Positions 62,750 through 64,000 of a DNA stretch of 64,000 bases are shown in pieces. The first letter of the stretch is position 1. Every line of letters starts with the position of its first letter. The translations under genes were made by a program, and so were the position numbers. The DNA is taken from positions 2,976,001 through 3,040,000 of the forward strand of contig CDPCPM010000043.1 in the NCBI GenBank assembly GCA_976551045.1. Direction: 5' to 3'. Source of the DNA: Glaucostegus cemiculus. Its lineage: Eukaryota. The notes below the pieces were generated by a model. That model was not told the DNA's origin and did not search any database. It saw only the letters and a list, made by a program, of their open reading frames with translations.

Positions 62750-63700
62750 ACATACAAAACATAGAAAAGTATAGCACAGGAACAGGCTCTAATTAAACTA
62801 ATGATGCTTAATTAAACTAATCCCTTCTGCCTGCACATGGTCCATATCTCTCCATTCTCTGCATATTCATGTGCCTATCTAAGAGTTTCTTAAACATCTT
62901 CATCGTATCTACCTCCACTACCACCCCAACAGTGTATTCTGGCACCCTCCACTCTATGTAAAAATCTTGCCTCGCACATCTCTTTTGAACTTTACCCCCA
63001 TCACTTTAAGTGCACGCCCTCTAGTATGAGACACTTCGACCCTGGGAGAAAGATAACAGCTGTCTACTCAATCTATGCCTCTCAATCTTATCGATTTCTA
63101 TCAGATCTCCCCTCAACCTCCACCGCTCCAGAGAAAACAACCCAAGCCTTCAACCTCTCCCCATAGCACATGCCCTCTAATCCAGGCAGCTTCATGGTAA
63201 ATCACTTCGACACCCTCTCCAATGCCCCCACCTTTCCTGTAATGGATCGACCAGAACTAAATGCAATAGTCCAGATGCAGCCTAACCAGAGTTTTATAAA
63301 GGTGCAACATAACTTCCTGACTCTCAGACTCAATGCCTTAGCTAATAAAGGCAAGCATGCCATATGCCCTCTTTACCACCCTCTCAGCTTGTGTGGCCAC
63401 TTTCAGGGAGCTATGGATGTGGGCCCCAAGATCCCTCTGTACATCAATGCTGTTAAGGGTCCTGCCACTAACTGTGTAATTTCCCTTTTCATTTGATTTC
63501 CCCAAGTGCAACACCTCACACTTGTCTGATTAAACTCCATCTGCCACTTCTCCGCCCACATCTGCAACTGATCTTTCTCCCACTGTATCCTTTGGCAACT
63601 TTCCTCACTATCCATAATGCCACTAATCTTTGTATCATCTGTGACCTTACTAGCCCACCCATCCATGTTTTCATCCAAGTCACCTATATATACATCACAA
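62750..63700 (-). mobile_element. Degenerate CR1 3' region
   Basis: GWASKVTDDTKISG...WAEKWQMEFN; catagaaaagtatagc tail. Confidence 0.88.
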
Positions 63701-64000
63701 ACGTGTGGTCAGGGCCCTGCAGGGTCTCAGGCTTTAAAAGCTATAACACAGGAACAGGCCAGTTTCGCATCTTCATAGTGCTGATATTATCCACTGCATT
63801 ATCAACCTGACTAAGTATGTGGCAAAAATCTTACTGAATAAGGGATTAAAACCATTGGTGTTTTGCTAACTGCTTCTGGAGTTCAAGGAACTTCCCCCGG
63901 AGAATAAAGGGCTGATTCTACTTCATCACCAGAGAGCACCATAAAAGGGGAGGTGGTGGGATGTATTTTGTGAGTGCGGGGGGTCCTGATGATTCTCTGC

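Overview
Vertebrate genomic DNA. The repeat content (CR1/HER1-type and Rex1/Babar-type LINEs, HE1-like V-SINEs, Deu-domain SINEs, Penelope relics) points to a cartilaginous fish, probably a ray or shark; this is an inference. Most of the window (about 7.1-64 kb, minus strand) is the 3' part of reelin (RELN). I traced 19 coding exons by hand, equivalent to human exons 46-63 and 65. All have GT-AG boundaries, stay in phase and total 3203 nt, encoding most of reelin repeat 6, repeats 7-8 and the basic C-terminal region. The last intron is only 202 nt and lacks the mammalian 6-nt microexon 64. The most novel item lies tail-to-tail with RELN in the first 5 kb: exons of a plus-strand gene with a cystatin fold, SPP2/Spp24-like cysteine spacing (C-X10-C-X12-C-X18-C) and a probable acidic terminal exon. 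The ORF track catches only fragments of it. The introns hold two young, nearly identical CR1 copies, a Rex-type LINE nested in a fossil PIF/Harbinger transposon, a Vingi-like relic, nested insertions and a long inverted repeat. No prokaryotic systems are present. Exon numbers and family assignments come from recalled homology, not from database searches.
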